The notes under the pieces: generated by a model
Database searches by the model: none
Seen by the model: only the letters and a program-made list of their open reading frames with translations
Told to the model about the DNA's origin: nothing
Position numbers and translations under genes: made by a program
Shown here: one piece after another, positions 24,940 to 38,075 of the stretch
How the letters are laid out: every line of letters begins with the position of its first letter
Numbering within the stretch: position 1 is the first letter of the stretch
NCBI GenBank assembly: GCA_043228905.1
Contig: JBHGNT010000010.1
Span: 10,106,001 to 10,170,000 of the forward strand
Reading direction: 5' to 3'
DNA: 64,000 nt
Source of the DNA: Azolla caroliniana
Lineage: Eukaryota; Plantae; Polypodiophyta

Positions 24940-26179
24940 CGCACACACACACACACACTCTATCTTGGAATCCTGATAGTTTGAACTGAATGTACATCTT
25001 CTTATCATTCCTTCCTCTAGTACTATTGGCTTCTGTTAGTGCACAAGAATACCAATCCGTTTTTTCAGAGCTTTAGTGCTTGAAAGAAAAGTTAATGGTT
25101 TTGGAAAAAGAAAATCAATGTCTATTGAGGGATCTACAACAAATCACCATAGGAAAGCAAGACACTCAAAAACAAAATGGGAGTTGACATTACGACTGTA
25201 ATAGTTGGAAGCAACAGTCGTGTCGTTACCACAACAAGGAACAAGTACTCAAGGGATCCTTAAACAACCCTGAAGAAAAAGACAATGGACTTGTTGTCTT
25301 AGTGGACTTCGAGTGGGGTAGCAGTTAGGATCTTGTAATGAGATTAGACAAACAACAATAAGCAACAAGAGAAGATTCGTGCATTGATCAAGCTCGTAGA
25401 ATATAGAGAAGAGTGAACAAGATGACAGTTACACAAAGAGAGAGAGAGAGAGAGAGAGAAATAGATAGATAGATTATATTATCGTCTTCGGTGGTCAAAT
25501 ATGACCTCTTAAACCAAAAGTATTACAGTTCACATGATACGTGTAAAATTGAGTAGTGACTCTCGATGTTCAAGGACTTTACCAATGAATGTTGCAATCA
25601 AGAGTGCACATTGTGGTTGTGAGAGAGATTTTTGCAAGGATTGGGCTCAGTCGAAGAGATGTGGAAAGCATGGTCGAATATGATCAAAGGCAGAGCATTG
25701 TATCAAAGTGTGATACTCAAACTCTCGAACTTGTTTAGGGCAAAGTGTGCATAACCGAACACTCTCATTAGTTGTGCCCTAACACCCTGTCTCACATCAC
25801 AATGCATGTGAGCTAAGTCGCATGGAAGTAACGGTTCGAATGGCAGATAACAGGATGGGCTCTAACATGTATCGATGTGTATGGTTTCCCCATTCCGTGA
25901 AGAATATGGTTTTGTAGTTAGGTGCAACATGTATAGTATAATGTGTGAAGCGTGAGCCTCCACATTTGTCCCATGTCATGATACATTGGCATTGCAAAAA
26001 GGCCTCATTTACTAAGGAATCTAGTGATGCATCATGAAACAAGTGTCTTGCATCCAACCAGAACAAAGTTTTTTGCTTTTATGCATCTTTTGGATCTTTT
26101 TGCTTGTTTCCCATGCAATTCTAGGAAGTCGATGTGAGGGACATTTTTGAACCTTAAGCATGTATTCAACAACCCTTCC

Positions 26180-26324
26180 TGTTACGGGCATGACCATATA
26201 ATATCCCGTAGTGAGAATTTACTTTAGTATTCTATACACGTGGATAAGTGTGAGGGTTATCCACGTGTATAGAATACTACGGTAAATTCTCACCATGGGA
26301 TATTAAATGGTCATGCCCGTAACA
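26180..26324. mobile_element. 145-bp foldback (MITE-like) element with TGT...ACA ends and 5-bp TSD CTTCC
   Basis: 68-bp inverted arms (63/68 matched) around a 9-nt loop; cttcc at 26175-26179 and 26325-26329. Confidence 0.85.
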
Positions 26325-26972
26325 CTTCCCAAGGTCATGATCTCAATGGGACGCGATCCTGTCTCAAAGAGGAAGGTGTAGGGCATTTGTTTCTTAAAAG
26401 AAATTTTGTAAAAAAATGTTTTTGGACATTTTCAAACTCTTTCCACGTAGATTTAGGGATGCTACCACCCCATACTTCCACCCCATAAAGAAGAACCGGT
26501 GTCACCAAAGTGTCAAAAAGATATTTCTTGAGGAGTCAACACTTAATATCTCCAAGATTGCATGTGATCTCAACTGCATAGTATGCTCACTTACCCGCCT
26601 CTAAGTGGTGTGTAGCACATTCATTCCATCTATGATTTGAAGGAACTTCAAGGGCAAGATATTTGAAGCTTTCCACACATTCACATGGCCCATTGCTGTA
26701 CATAATGCATGTTTTATCTCTTTTTTGGCTCTTCACAAGAATAATCTTTGTTTTAGAGCTATTGACGCTTAATTTAGTATGCACGCAAAAAATTTCCAAT
26801 GCCTTAATAAGCTTTTGTGCATCTCCTAAAGTATTTGCAAAAAGCACTATATCATTCGCATATAGCAAAAGTATAATCACAACATTCCCAATGGCAACTT
26901 CTTCAACACATTCTTCCTTTACAAACTTGGTAACCATTTCTTCCAATTCACTAATGCATCCTTGCTTAACAT

Positions 26973-27748
26973 TGATAGAGTGTATAAGACAAATGATAGT
27001 CGTACACAATATGAGGGCTTGACGAAACCGATTAGAGAGAGTTGTTAATTATAATAGATTAAAGAGACCAAGGTGGCTACAAATTAGGGAGGGAGACTCA
27101 AGAAATTAAGAGAAAAGATAGAGAAGACGAGAAAGAGATAAGAATGATATAATATTCTACTATTGAGACAATACAAATGGGATAAACTCCAAATTCAACA
27201 AAAGAACCAAAGAACTTCTTGACTTCCAATCACTCAAACCCACAAATTTCTTTCAATATTCTACCTTAATCTCTTTCCTCCTTCGATTATGCTTCCTTCT
27301 CCTCACTCCTAAGACTCTTTGTCATATTACAAAGGTATCACTTCCCCCCTCCTTAGCCTCCTTCTTCTCACTTCTTATAATCTTCTTCCCCTACACTTCC
27401 TCTCTTTTTCACGCTCTTTATAGAAGTTTTTCATCTCCTAGTTTTAGCTTCGACACAACAATCTTCTCATCGTAATATCTCCCTCATCCGAGCTCCAAAT
27501 TTAGATATTTAAGAAGCTACAGATAGCTCTTTTTATGAGCTTTGTGTTCCAAATGAAAGAGATATAACCATTCGTTTCAGACTATTTTTAGGTGGCCCGC
27601 TTTTTCTCTTTTTACTTTTGTTTGTGCCTATTGCTTTTAGTTTGACTTCTCCTTAAGATATTGGTTCATGTTCTTAGCCTCCAAATGTGAATGATCCATA
27701 CCTTATATTCTAATGTTCAATAGCTTGAATTCTAAGAACACTTTCACA
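26973..27748. mobile_element. Probable solo LTR inserted in the LINE RT
   Basis: TG...CA termini; flanks aacat / aatac each differ by one base from the inferred target aacac; removal restores STIG-VKQG. Confidence 0.55.
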
Positions 27749-29148
27749 AATACCAATTGTGCTAATGAAAAAATATGAAAGTCTATCTCTTATACGCCCA
27801 CAACATATAACTTTCTCATATATTTGAGAAATTGCAAGTATTCACTCGGCACCTCAAATTCTTCCATTCGCCTCCAAAGATGCTCACGAGGGACCATCTC
27901 AAAAGCTTTCTTGAAGTCTACAAAGCAACAATATAAACCTTTACCTCTAAGGCGACTTTCCTCCATTAATACTTGAAGGGTGACAAGGTGATCAATGGTG
28001 CTATGGTGTTTTCGAAAGCCAACTTGACCATAAGCTCTTGTACCATTTTTTCCAGCCCATACGTTATCTTTGATTCCATTATACATCCAAATAGTTTTTC
28101 CATATTACATTATTTACATCTCCACCTTTATGTAAAGGTTTGATCCAATTTGTAGTCCAATCATACGGCATACCATGTTGCAATGCATCATTAAAGAAGA
28201 TCGCTTATACCATGTTCATTTGAGCATATCAGTCTTTATACATTGAAGATCGCTTGCCTTTCGAGAGAGCAATTTCTTAAGTCCTATGCATATATCTTCA
28301 ATTGTAAAGAAGGGAGACATGTGTGAAAGAGAACAATAACACATCATCTTTCCGGCAAGAGATAACTCATATAAATTCTTACAATGCATAGACAAGTCAT
28401 GAAGAGTTAATTCACCGTAACTCTCAACACGTGTCCTCTTTAGATTTCCCCAAAATTTAGCACATGCATGTGCTTTCTCCTGCATTTTGGAGAAATTGTT
28501 GAGTAACTTCCCATATTCTCCTCTTTCTTTGAATAAGCCTTTTATACTCATGCAAATGCTTTTGGTGATTTCCTTTATCCTTAACTACATCCAAAACCAT
28601 AAAACATTTTCAAACTTCACAACATTCTTTATTGAACCATTTTTTACTAAATTTCTTGGTGCATTTCCAAGATGTGCATTTGGTCGAAAAACATTTGTTT
28701 GCATTCTAGTGTGGCGCCATGTTGTATCTTTGTCATTTATAACATATTCTCAACCATCTTAGAGTACATGGGCGCTTGCTTAAGGTTCATGCTCAAGTGT
28801 GGTTGTTTATTATCTTCAATGGACTTCTCACAATCAAACGTATGCATACATTTGAGATCAATACATAAACTTCCCCTTTGATCAGATTCCGGTGTCCATT
28901 CACCATGTGAGAATTTATGTATACGATCCAAAATACCTTCGGAAAGTAGCACATAGTCAATCACACTATTTCCATTGTGTTTTCTATAGGTAAAACCATT
29001 AGTATTGGGCCATAAGGAAACACCATTTGCAATAAGTAATCCAATACTATTGCGCATTTGTAGGAGTAACTTCCCAAATTGGTCCAGATCTTTTTCATTG
29101 CTAGAAGAGCAATTGTACATTTACATATCCTCTTGCATCCTTGAGATA

Positions 29149-30323
29149 TGTGGCATGAAAGATTTATAGTTACTTACCTACTTTTATAGTTAGTTTAAAT
29201 GAGTCTTCACACTAAGGATACAACATGGGGAGAGTTGGACTTTTATCCCAACAAATTGGCCCAAATAAGGACTACTCTAGTTACATACAATGTCATGGGG
29301 TTATCTCCCTCCTAAGCTTAAATTACATTTAAATTTAAACTATAGTTTGTATGTTACATGCTGATTAGCTAGTACTCGAATCGGTAGAGGTAGAGTCGGC
29401 TTATAGCCGATTGACTAGTTGTTGAATTAGCTCTCAACCATTTGGCCTTCAACTTACTTTTTCGGTGGGTACTTGTGTATCCTTCCAGATTGGTGATCGA
29501 CTTCTGGCTTCCTTCATTCTTCGATCTTCTTGTGGCCTTTCGGCTCCCTAACACCCAATGACTTTCTTAGCTTTTCGGTTGGTTGGCTCTATTGACTTTG
29601 TTGTTTCGGCTTGTTCGAGCATGCTAATTTTCGACTCACCTTCTGCTCCAGATTAGGCTCCCTTTCACTTGTCAGCTTATAGTAGTCCCATTTATCCTCT
29701 TTGCATGTCGAAGCATTGATTTGGGGGTGGCTTCGTCAGGCTATTGGCGATGTTCACCTCGGTATCCATTTTCAGGACTTCAAGCTTCTTATCGATGACT
29801 AGCTCCCGGATATGATGGTACCTCACCTCAATATACTTTGTTTTCGCATGATACACTAGATTTCGGATGAGATGTATTGTGCTCGAAGAGTCATAATGTA
29901 AGGTCTCCACCGGATGGTCATTTAGGCTATTAGCTGAAAAATCGGTCGACAATAGGTGCAACGAGATGCCTTCCTTGGCTTCTTTTGATGTGGCTATGTA
30001 TTCCGCCTCTATTTTCAAGAGTGTCGTACAATCTTGAAGCTTTGACTTCCATGAGATAGTGTTGTCTTCATAGGTGAAGACATATTGTGACGTGGAATTC
30101 CGTAAGCTTAGCATAGTCGAAATCCGTGAAGTCTTCGACTTCAGTCGGCTTGTTCATTCTGAAAGTCGACTGTAGATCTTCAATGTTGCGCAATTATCAG
30201 AATATGTGTTTTAGAGTTTCCTAGGGCTTCCTTCTGGGATTTGACATGTAGCAGCTGGTGACTCCTACAACATACGCAAGGTTTGGTCGGGTCACCACCA
30301 TCGCGTACATGAGACTTCCTATG
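29149..30323 (-). mobile_element. Copia 3' part (end of RT, RNase H, probable 3' LTR); continues at 48574-48948
   Basis: ISWKSKLQ, EAEYIA, AKTKYIEVRYHHIRE, IANSLTKP. Joining across element E restores IPYASAIGSLMYAMV. Confidence 0.8.
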
Positions 30324-32399
30324 TGTTGTTGGGGTGGGGGGTGAAGCCTAGAATGGCTTCACCCCCCTCCCAAGGGGGTTATGTTATAGAGAGAGCAAGA
30401 GAGAAAGACAAATAGGAAATGACACCAAATGAGAGGGGAAAAAACTATATCCATTACATGCCCCATAAGGGGTTTATATAATACATAATGTAACGGTAAA
30501 TAATATGTCAGTTACAAAAAGAGATCGTTAAATTCTTGTCACATGCACATAATTGTGCATGTGCTCAGACATACTCATATACATTACACATACCGAACAA
30601 CCCCTTTAATGTGTTTTACCCTTATACCGCCTCGTACAATTCCTACGAGTAACACATGGCACGCCAGTGGGACAGTGCATCGCACAGTGAACCCACCCGC
30701 CATGGCAACTATTAACGACCAGAATTCCACCGGTTGTCTCAACGGTCGGAAATCCATCAACTGGATCATAGCTCTACGATTGATAACTTCGATCGGAGCA
30801 TTGCTTGACTCGAACCTTCTCGTTCGGTCAGCATGTCGCTCCATTGGATCACACACCAATTAGCTGCTCCATTGTGGCATGGGCCTTTCATGATTTTGTT
30901 ACATGTATGTGTATTTTTTGATTTCATCATGTGAATTGAGCTTTGTATTTTGTACCCTTGGTCTCTAGAATTTTTACCCTCAAGTTTTTTTTGAACTTTT
31001 TGAATTTTTTTTTCGGCTCTTGAGTTTTCCAAATTCTGCATTCTGCCCTCCACTTTTTGAAATCTCACATCATGCCCTTGAGCTTTTGAAATTTCATATT
31101 CTCTGCCCTTATGTTTCTGAAATTTCATCTTCATACGCCTCTTCTCTTTCTTCGTTTTCTTTTGTCTTCTCTTTTTCTTCTTTCTTTTCTTCTTGTGCGT
31201 TCTTCTCTTCTTCTGTTTCTTCTTCCTCCTCTTCGTTTCTTCCTTTTTGTCTTCTCTTCGCCTCCTCTCTCCTTCTATCCGGTGGTTGTCTCCACCCGCC
31301 AGCTCTGTCCACAGGCTGTTTGGGTCTCTTGGCCGGCTGGCCGGCTCTGTCCACCGGCTATCGCGGTCCACAGGTTGTCTTTGTCTATTGGTCGTGTCTG
31401 TCTGATGGCAACCGAACCGTCGCTTGGTCATTTTTGGATTGTCACGTGGCAATCATTTGGTTGCATCTCGAGCATGTCTTGGCTGTGCGCCTCGACAACG
31501 CGTCTTGGCCGTACTCTCGGCCATGCATCTTGGCCGCATTCTTAGCCGCACATCTCGGCCATGTGTCATGCTCGTATTCTGGGCCGTGCATCTTGGCCAC
31601 GCGTCTCAGCCGTATTCATGGCCATGCATCTCGGTTGTGTTATCGGTCGCCCGTTGTCGCGTGGCGCGTGACACAAGTGGCGAATGTCGGGATGTACGTG
31701 TCACAAACACGGACAAGCATCGGGCCTCTATCCGCTAGAGGTTATGGAGGATCGATCATCGGGATTTCCGTGCCTACGGGTTGGTCCAACGGGACCACCA
31801 AGGTCTTTGATCAGGGGGAACAAATCGGGTGAGTTGTGCTTGCAAGGAGTTGTGCTTATCGTCGGGTCGTGCTTTGTTGTCGAAGATGCACCCGAACCTG
31901 ACTCAATGTTGTCGTGCCTTTCGGAGTCAGATCGTTACGTGAGTCACGTGGGAACCGCTAGGGTTTTGGACTAGGACAAAGAAGAATATGAGATAAGGCT
32001 CCTTATGAATGGATTGCAGGAAAGAGATATATTTGAAGGAAGATATGAAACTCGTGAATCCCACGACTATAGTGTATTAATTTATACTTAGAATGTAAGA
32101 GAGAAATCGATGGCAAAATCGTGAATCCCACAAATAGTTTTATCTTATTCAAAGCTTATACAAAATCAACCCCCTATACATCTTTCACTCTTCCTTATAT
32201 AGTGCTGGAAGAGTCTAAGTTTATCACATGCAAGCATCATGCTTTTCCTAACTTTAGTTTCATGCACACTACATGTGCATAATTAGCTTTCTATCCCATC
32301 TTTTCTTTTAACTTGAGTGTGTATGCATGAATAACTTTTGTACCATGCATATCTAGAATATTTACATGGGATAGAGTTTAGTATAACTTTAAAATTCAT

Positions 32400-32486
32400 A
32401 ATATGCTAGTATAGTGGTAAAGCTTAAAAATCGTTAACATTGAGGTACAAGGTTCGAATCCTGCCCTATGCATGCAACAATCTTTT
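32400..32486 (+). promoter_or_regulatory. tRNA-like Pol III cassette in the 3' LTR of B (second copy at 38606-38692)
   Basis: A-box tagtatagtgg 32407-32417; consensus B-box ggttcgaatcc 32451-32461; T8-to-G53 span of 46 nt as in tRNAs; TTTT at 32483-32486. Confidence 0.65.
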
Positions 32487-32696
32487 CTTCTATTTACAAA
32501 TTTGTCTCTTCATCCGGTGAGAGACTCTCACCGGCCTTCTTTATCCGGCTCTTGCCGGTTCTGCTTGATCCGGTTCTTACCGGGTCGCCTTATCGGCTCC
32601 TCCTTGCCGATTCCATCCTTCATCCGGTTCTCACCGGTTCCTCCTTGCCGATTCCATCCGGAGGAACAAAAATGCGATTTTCACGTCGTGTGCGAA

Positions 32697-35600
32697 TTAC
32701 ATTACGACACTCGCCCCCTCCAAACCTGCACATCCGCCGGTATGTGCCGAAGTTCCCAATGCCTGTTGTTCATCTTCATCCGTAGCACTACCCAATTCCT
32801 CCCTTATATCAACCATCAATTGTAGACCACTTTCTTCGCTTTCCGCATCACCGTGATCTTTGTCCGGTCGCTCCTCGTTGTCGGTCTTGTTTAGGGTTAC
32901 ATAGGGTTCGTTGTCAGTCCACTTCTTGAAGATCCTTACCCGTTTCCCTGCTATAGGCATTCGTATTATCGTCCCATCGAACTTGCATAGTCAATAAGTT
33001 CCGTTGTCAAAAACTTTTTGAACCTCTTATGGCCCGAACAACCTTTTCGCAAACTTCTATATCGTTGTATGTTGATGATCCAGACTACTGTCATAGACAA
33101 TCACCCAATCTCCTTCTTCAATCTTCTATGGTCGTAGTCGATGCTTTGTGTCGAATCGGCTTTTGTTCCTAATTCGCGCTTCTTGTTGTCGGCGTGCTGC
33201 TTCCGCTATGTCTTTCGGTGTTCCCTCTAGTTGTCGTATCCAAACCGCTAGCAGTTCTTCCCGGCTCATATATTCCTTCCACGGTAGCATTGTCTATGTC
33301 GTGATCGCGGTTTTCGTCGCATTACTAGTGCTTGTCCGGTCATAAGTTCTATCGGCATATAACCGGTTACGGAGCTATGCGTCGTCCGATCCGCCCATAG
33401 TGCATACGGGAGCATCTGCAGCCAATCCTTCACCCTTCTGTCGCATACTTTGGCAAGTGCTTTGACGATCGGACACCAAGTACTTCTTTTGTCTGATCCC
33501 AGTTGGCATGACTACAATATCGACCATCCATTTGAAGTTGATTGTCGGTGAGAATGTCGGATGTAACTCATCTCGGTGTCAAACTCCGGAGTAGATTTAA
33601 CACTTCTCATAGCTTTCCATGAACTCCGCTATATTTTTGTACATATTCTTCCACCAATATTTTTGTTTGATTTTCACAAAAGTTGCCCATGTCCCTCGAT
33701 GTCCAGCCCAATCAGATTCCTGAAACTCAGGCATTATCCGGTTTCGTTGCTCTTTCGTCCCGACTACCCGAAGTGGTATGCCATCCGGTCTTTTTGGCTC
33801 CCTCCATATTAATCCATTTTTCAAGAAGAACTTTTGGACTTGCCTCTTCTTCCTTCGGATCTCGTCTCTCTTCTCTTTATTGTCCCATGATTCCTCAATC
33901 TCTGTAGCACCTTCCCGATCATCAAGCTTTCTCCCTCGTATTCTTCTTCTCGGAATTCGCGGATTACTTTTACTTGGCATGTGCTCCGAAGCAAAGTAGT
34001 CTTCAAAAACTTCTTCATTATTGGATTCGGCTATGTCGTCTCCGAACCAAGCTCTTGATAGCATATCCGCTACCGCATTGTCTTTTCCGGAGATGTGTCA
34101 TACATCCGGGTTAAGCGACTTAACATATGCAATCCATCTTAGCAAAGCCACATCCGGTATCATGCAACACTGCATCATCTCGAGTATCGGAAGACAATTC
34201 ATTTCGATCACTACTTCGGCTCTGATCAAATAATCTCGATCCAATTTCATTGCCGACACGACTCCCCATAATTCTCTTTTGACTTGTGCACATATGCATT
34301 GCCTTTCGTTGAGAACCTTTGCTCTGAATTGGATCGGATATCGTAAACCATCTGAATCGGCTTGATTGATGACCCATCCGATCCCTGTTGGACTTGTATC
34401 AACCGTTACTATGATTGGTTGCTCATACCTCGGCTTCTTCAGTGCTTCAGACCTCCGTAGTGTTTTCTTGAGCTTTTGCATGGCTTTGGTGTGTTCTGGT
34501 TTCCATTCGAACTTCTTCCCCTTCCGCAATAAGTGATAGAGTGGGTCCGCAATATGTGCATAGTGTGGAATCCATATGTGATAAAATGCACAAGCTCCAA
34601 GAAACCTTCGGACTTCGGATTGTGACTCGCATACTTCTTTCATAGCTTGAATCACATCGATCTTGGTTGGTGACGTTCTTTGGCCGTAGGGCCCACATAG
34701 ATGTCCGACTACCAATATCTCTTCTTGCTTGAATGCCGATTTCTCCCCGGAAAGTGTTAGGTGTACATATTCTAACTTTCGAAGCACTTTCTCGCAATCA
34801 TGAATATGGTCGACTACGAACTTTCGGCATCCCCGATCATCCATAGTTTCATCTTTTTCTTCTTCCGCACATCCTTTCATCGGAATGTCATCTAGGAACA
34901 ACATCGTTATCTCCAGAATGCAATCTCGAAACACTTGTTCATCTTGTTCATCATATGTGCAACTGAGTTTGTCGCTCCTTGTGGTAGTTTGCACATTCGG
35001 ACTAATCCTATCGGTGTCCGCATGGTAGTGATGTCTCGGCTCTCCACGGCTAGTTGCAATTGGTCATACCCCGAATATAGGTCTCCGATTGAGTATATAT
35101 CGCACGACCGGCAAATGCTTCCGCAAATTCGTCCACTATCGGACCGACTCCGGAGTTCCGGATCGTGACCTTGTTCACCGGTTGCAAGTCTTGGATAAAT
35201 CGGAGTGACCCATTCTTCTTCGGAACCATAAACCAACGATTTGAGTATGGAGCGTTTGATGGCTCTAGAATCCCCATCGCCACCTTCTCTTTGAGCAAGT
35301 CGATGATTTTGGGAATATGCGCCCGCGGCACCAGAATTAGCTTCAAGTTCCATGGCACATGATTAATCATCAAGATCACCATCGGCTCCACTATCTTCGG
35401 ATTAGCGCAACCTATCTCTTTCGATGCAAGTGCAAATGCTCTTCCATGTTGCTCCAACATCTCACGAAATCATTTTTCTTCATTCTTTAAGAGGAACCCA
35501 CCTCCACCGGTCCGAAGTTTCTTCCGGGTCTCATCCGTGAAGGTATGTCCGATATCCATGGACTTTCGAAGTGTTGGATCTCCCGAGACTTCTTTCCTCT

Positions 35601-38075
35601 TCTGTTCTCTATCGGCGGGTACCGGTCTTGCAGCCAGTTTCACTTTCTTCTCCACGGTCTTGTATTTCGGACTTACCATTGCTTCTTCTTTGCGGAGCAC
35701 ATCCGACCCCATTTTTGCAATGATCTCGTACATCTCGACAGATTCCACCGGAATTACTTGGTCTCCTTGGCTATTTTCTTTCACAAGCTCTTCAAGGTGT
35801 TGTAGTGTGCTCCCATAGAACACTTCTTCAACTACTCCCAAGATTTCTTCATATTCTTTTATTATTAATGCCGACCGTAACTTATCCTCTACCTTTCGGT
35901 ATTCTTTCTTCATTCCTCCGGGTACGGCCGTGTACGTAGATGCCCCATCCGGACCGATTCGTACTTGTTTTGCTCTGAGAGGTTTCTTCTTGTGTGGGGT
36001 ATTAGGGCTTCTCGGACTATCACTTCCCCACTCCGCAACATTCCACTCTAAAATTCATCTTTGTTTGTGACAAGAGCTCCCTCTTGTTCCTTTCATGATT
36101 CACAGGCACAGTTAGGAATTGGACGGATTTCCCTCCGCTTTGACTCCGAATTCGTGCAAAAGCCGCACCGCTATCAAGCACCTTTGTCTCCATCTGTGAA
36201 GCCGTGATAAAGGGTTGCCCGAGAATCACGGAGTGTGAGACCTCATCTTGCACGAAGAAATTTTGGTCTATCTCGACATCTTCGATTTTCACCGTTACAT
36301 TCAGACAAGCTGCAAATAGGTCTTCTGTTGCTTTAGTGGCTGCCCGGATCTTCCATCCATGATTAGTGTTAATAGGCCACTTCCCCTTCCCGTAGAACTC
36401 CTTGGACATCAAGTTGATCTCCGATCTGTGATCAATCAATGCTAGTACGAGCTCCTTGATGTTTCCAATTCGGACCGGAGTCTCCGTAGTTGCGCGTGCC
36501 CAGTGTGGCCTTGTGTAGTGGGAGTTCGGTATTTCATCCTCCACTTCCGTGTCGTTCATTAGAATGGTATTCGCATTCACCCTTGGAGCATTTTCCTCTA
36601 TGTTTTGTCTTTTTCTCTTCACGAGATCCATAAGAAGATCGTGGAACTCCTTCTTCGCTATTCCGAGTAATTCCCGAAGCGAAAATTCCACCCGACTATC
36701 AAGGATTCTCTCTTCGAACACCTTCTTTAGGTCCGTCTGTGGTTCGATGTCCGAAACGAGTTTGAATGCTGGAATTGTTTTTCCTTTCCCCTTCCCTTTA
36801 GAGTTCCAACTTTCCGGTGTCTTTGATGGTCCGGCCGCATCATCCGTGCGCTGTAGTTTTTCATCCACATACACTTCATGCAATTGATATAGCGCATGTA
36901 CGCTATTCTTATCTATGGGGCTCTCCCATCCCGTAGCTTCCTAGATACATTCCGCGGTGCTTCAGATTTCATCATGGTTGGCTTTCTTCAAAATTTCTAG
37001 CACTTCCGACCAAAAAGACGCCTTTGCTGCAAATGACTCCCCCACACGTATTCCCGCGTTTGTCGCATAATTGTTTTTCGCCGCGATCTCCTCCTCTAGG
37101 ACCTTTTACATGCCGCCTTTTCGGAAGTTCGGTCAGAGTGGCTTCTGAGAATCTATCGAATGAATCCGATTTCCCTCGTAGTAGATAAGATCCCGTCGTA
37201 ACGCCTACTTGTGCTCGTCGCAATCTCTCCGATCATGTTCGGTGCTATCGCACCATATGCATCGACGGTTCATGTACTTGGAACTTGTGGGACAGTCTTC
37301 CGTCTTCTTCACCATCGCAATTTTCAGATTCTCCATCTCCTTCAATAATTGCTCCAGCGTGGTTGCATCGATTCCCTTCTCGGTCGTAGTCTCCCGAGCT
37401 CGCGGTTGATGGTCTCCCAATCCGGATCTCGGTTTTGGAATCGGTTCCGAAACCCTCTTTTCTTCGTTAGCAAGCCATTGCCCCCTCTTTGTATATCGTG
37501 CGACGATATCTCGCACGTTATCCCGTGTATCATTGAGGCCACTCTCGGTGGTCGTGTCCTCCAGAAGCACCCCAAGATCTTTCCAGTCCCGGACGTCCAT
37601 GGCTCGTAGGAACATGATCACTTGTCCGGTGCAAGGATAGCTTGATCTCTCGCGGACAGCCTCCCGAACCGACTTTGGAATGCCGAAAACACATGCAGGA
37701 CCTTCATCCCCTTATCCAACGTTTCCACCCAATCTTCGAATCCTCTCCTCGTTGCCTTGGAAGAGTCCTCGATGGCGAACGTGGTCCTTAGGGCCTCTTC
37801 AAATGCTTCCCATGTCGGATTCTGTTGTCGTATACCGTGGATACTCCCTTGAAGCCCGTCTGTAGCCACCCGATTGAAGGATGTCACCTCCAATCCTTCG
37901 ATATTCCACACCGTAGCATTTCCGCCTTGTAATCCCGCAAATATTGCGACACATCTTTCCCGTTGAGTTGCCTGTTCCGTTGCACGAGCCGCTAAACTAC
38001 CGCTACAATCTCCGACATCGAACGTTGTTCTTGTAGCATCCTCTTGAACATCACCATCATATTGTTAGTCTCCAT
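32697..38075 (-). pseudogene. Frameshifted gag-pol of element B
   Basis: Zinc knuckle CIWCDSTEHDRRDC; protease LALIDHRSEINLM; RT LRFIQDLQPVN, DLYSGYDQ, FLDD; RNase H VDTSPTGIG; integrase WAGHRG. Confidence 0.9.

Larger units (their letters stand above)
25436..29148 (-). mobile_element. Decayed RTE-X-like LINE with microsatellite tail, interrupted by two insertions
   Basis: Endonuclease end GNSVIDYVLLS; RT QVGFRKHHSTIDH, FVDFKKAF, VKQGC, LLYANDIVL, KTKI, FKYL; C-terminal RLSSHAL; (CTAT)n/(CT)n tail at 25436-25475. Confidence 0.8.

Noticed and set aside
30766-31832. Long overlapping ORFs of 228 and 270 aa
   Set aside because: Low-complexity purine/pyrimidine tract of element E; the 270-aa frame also crosses the boundary of element A.
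32400-32475. Functional tRNA genes at the LTR cassettes
   Set aside because: Acceptor and anticodon stems do not pair, so they are reported only as tRNA-like Pol III cassettes.
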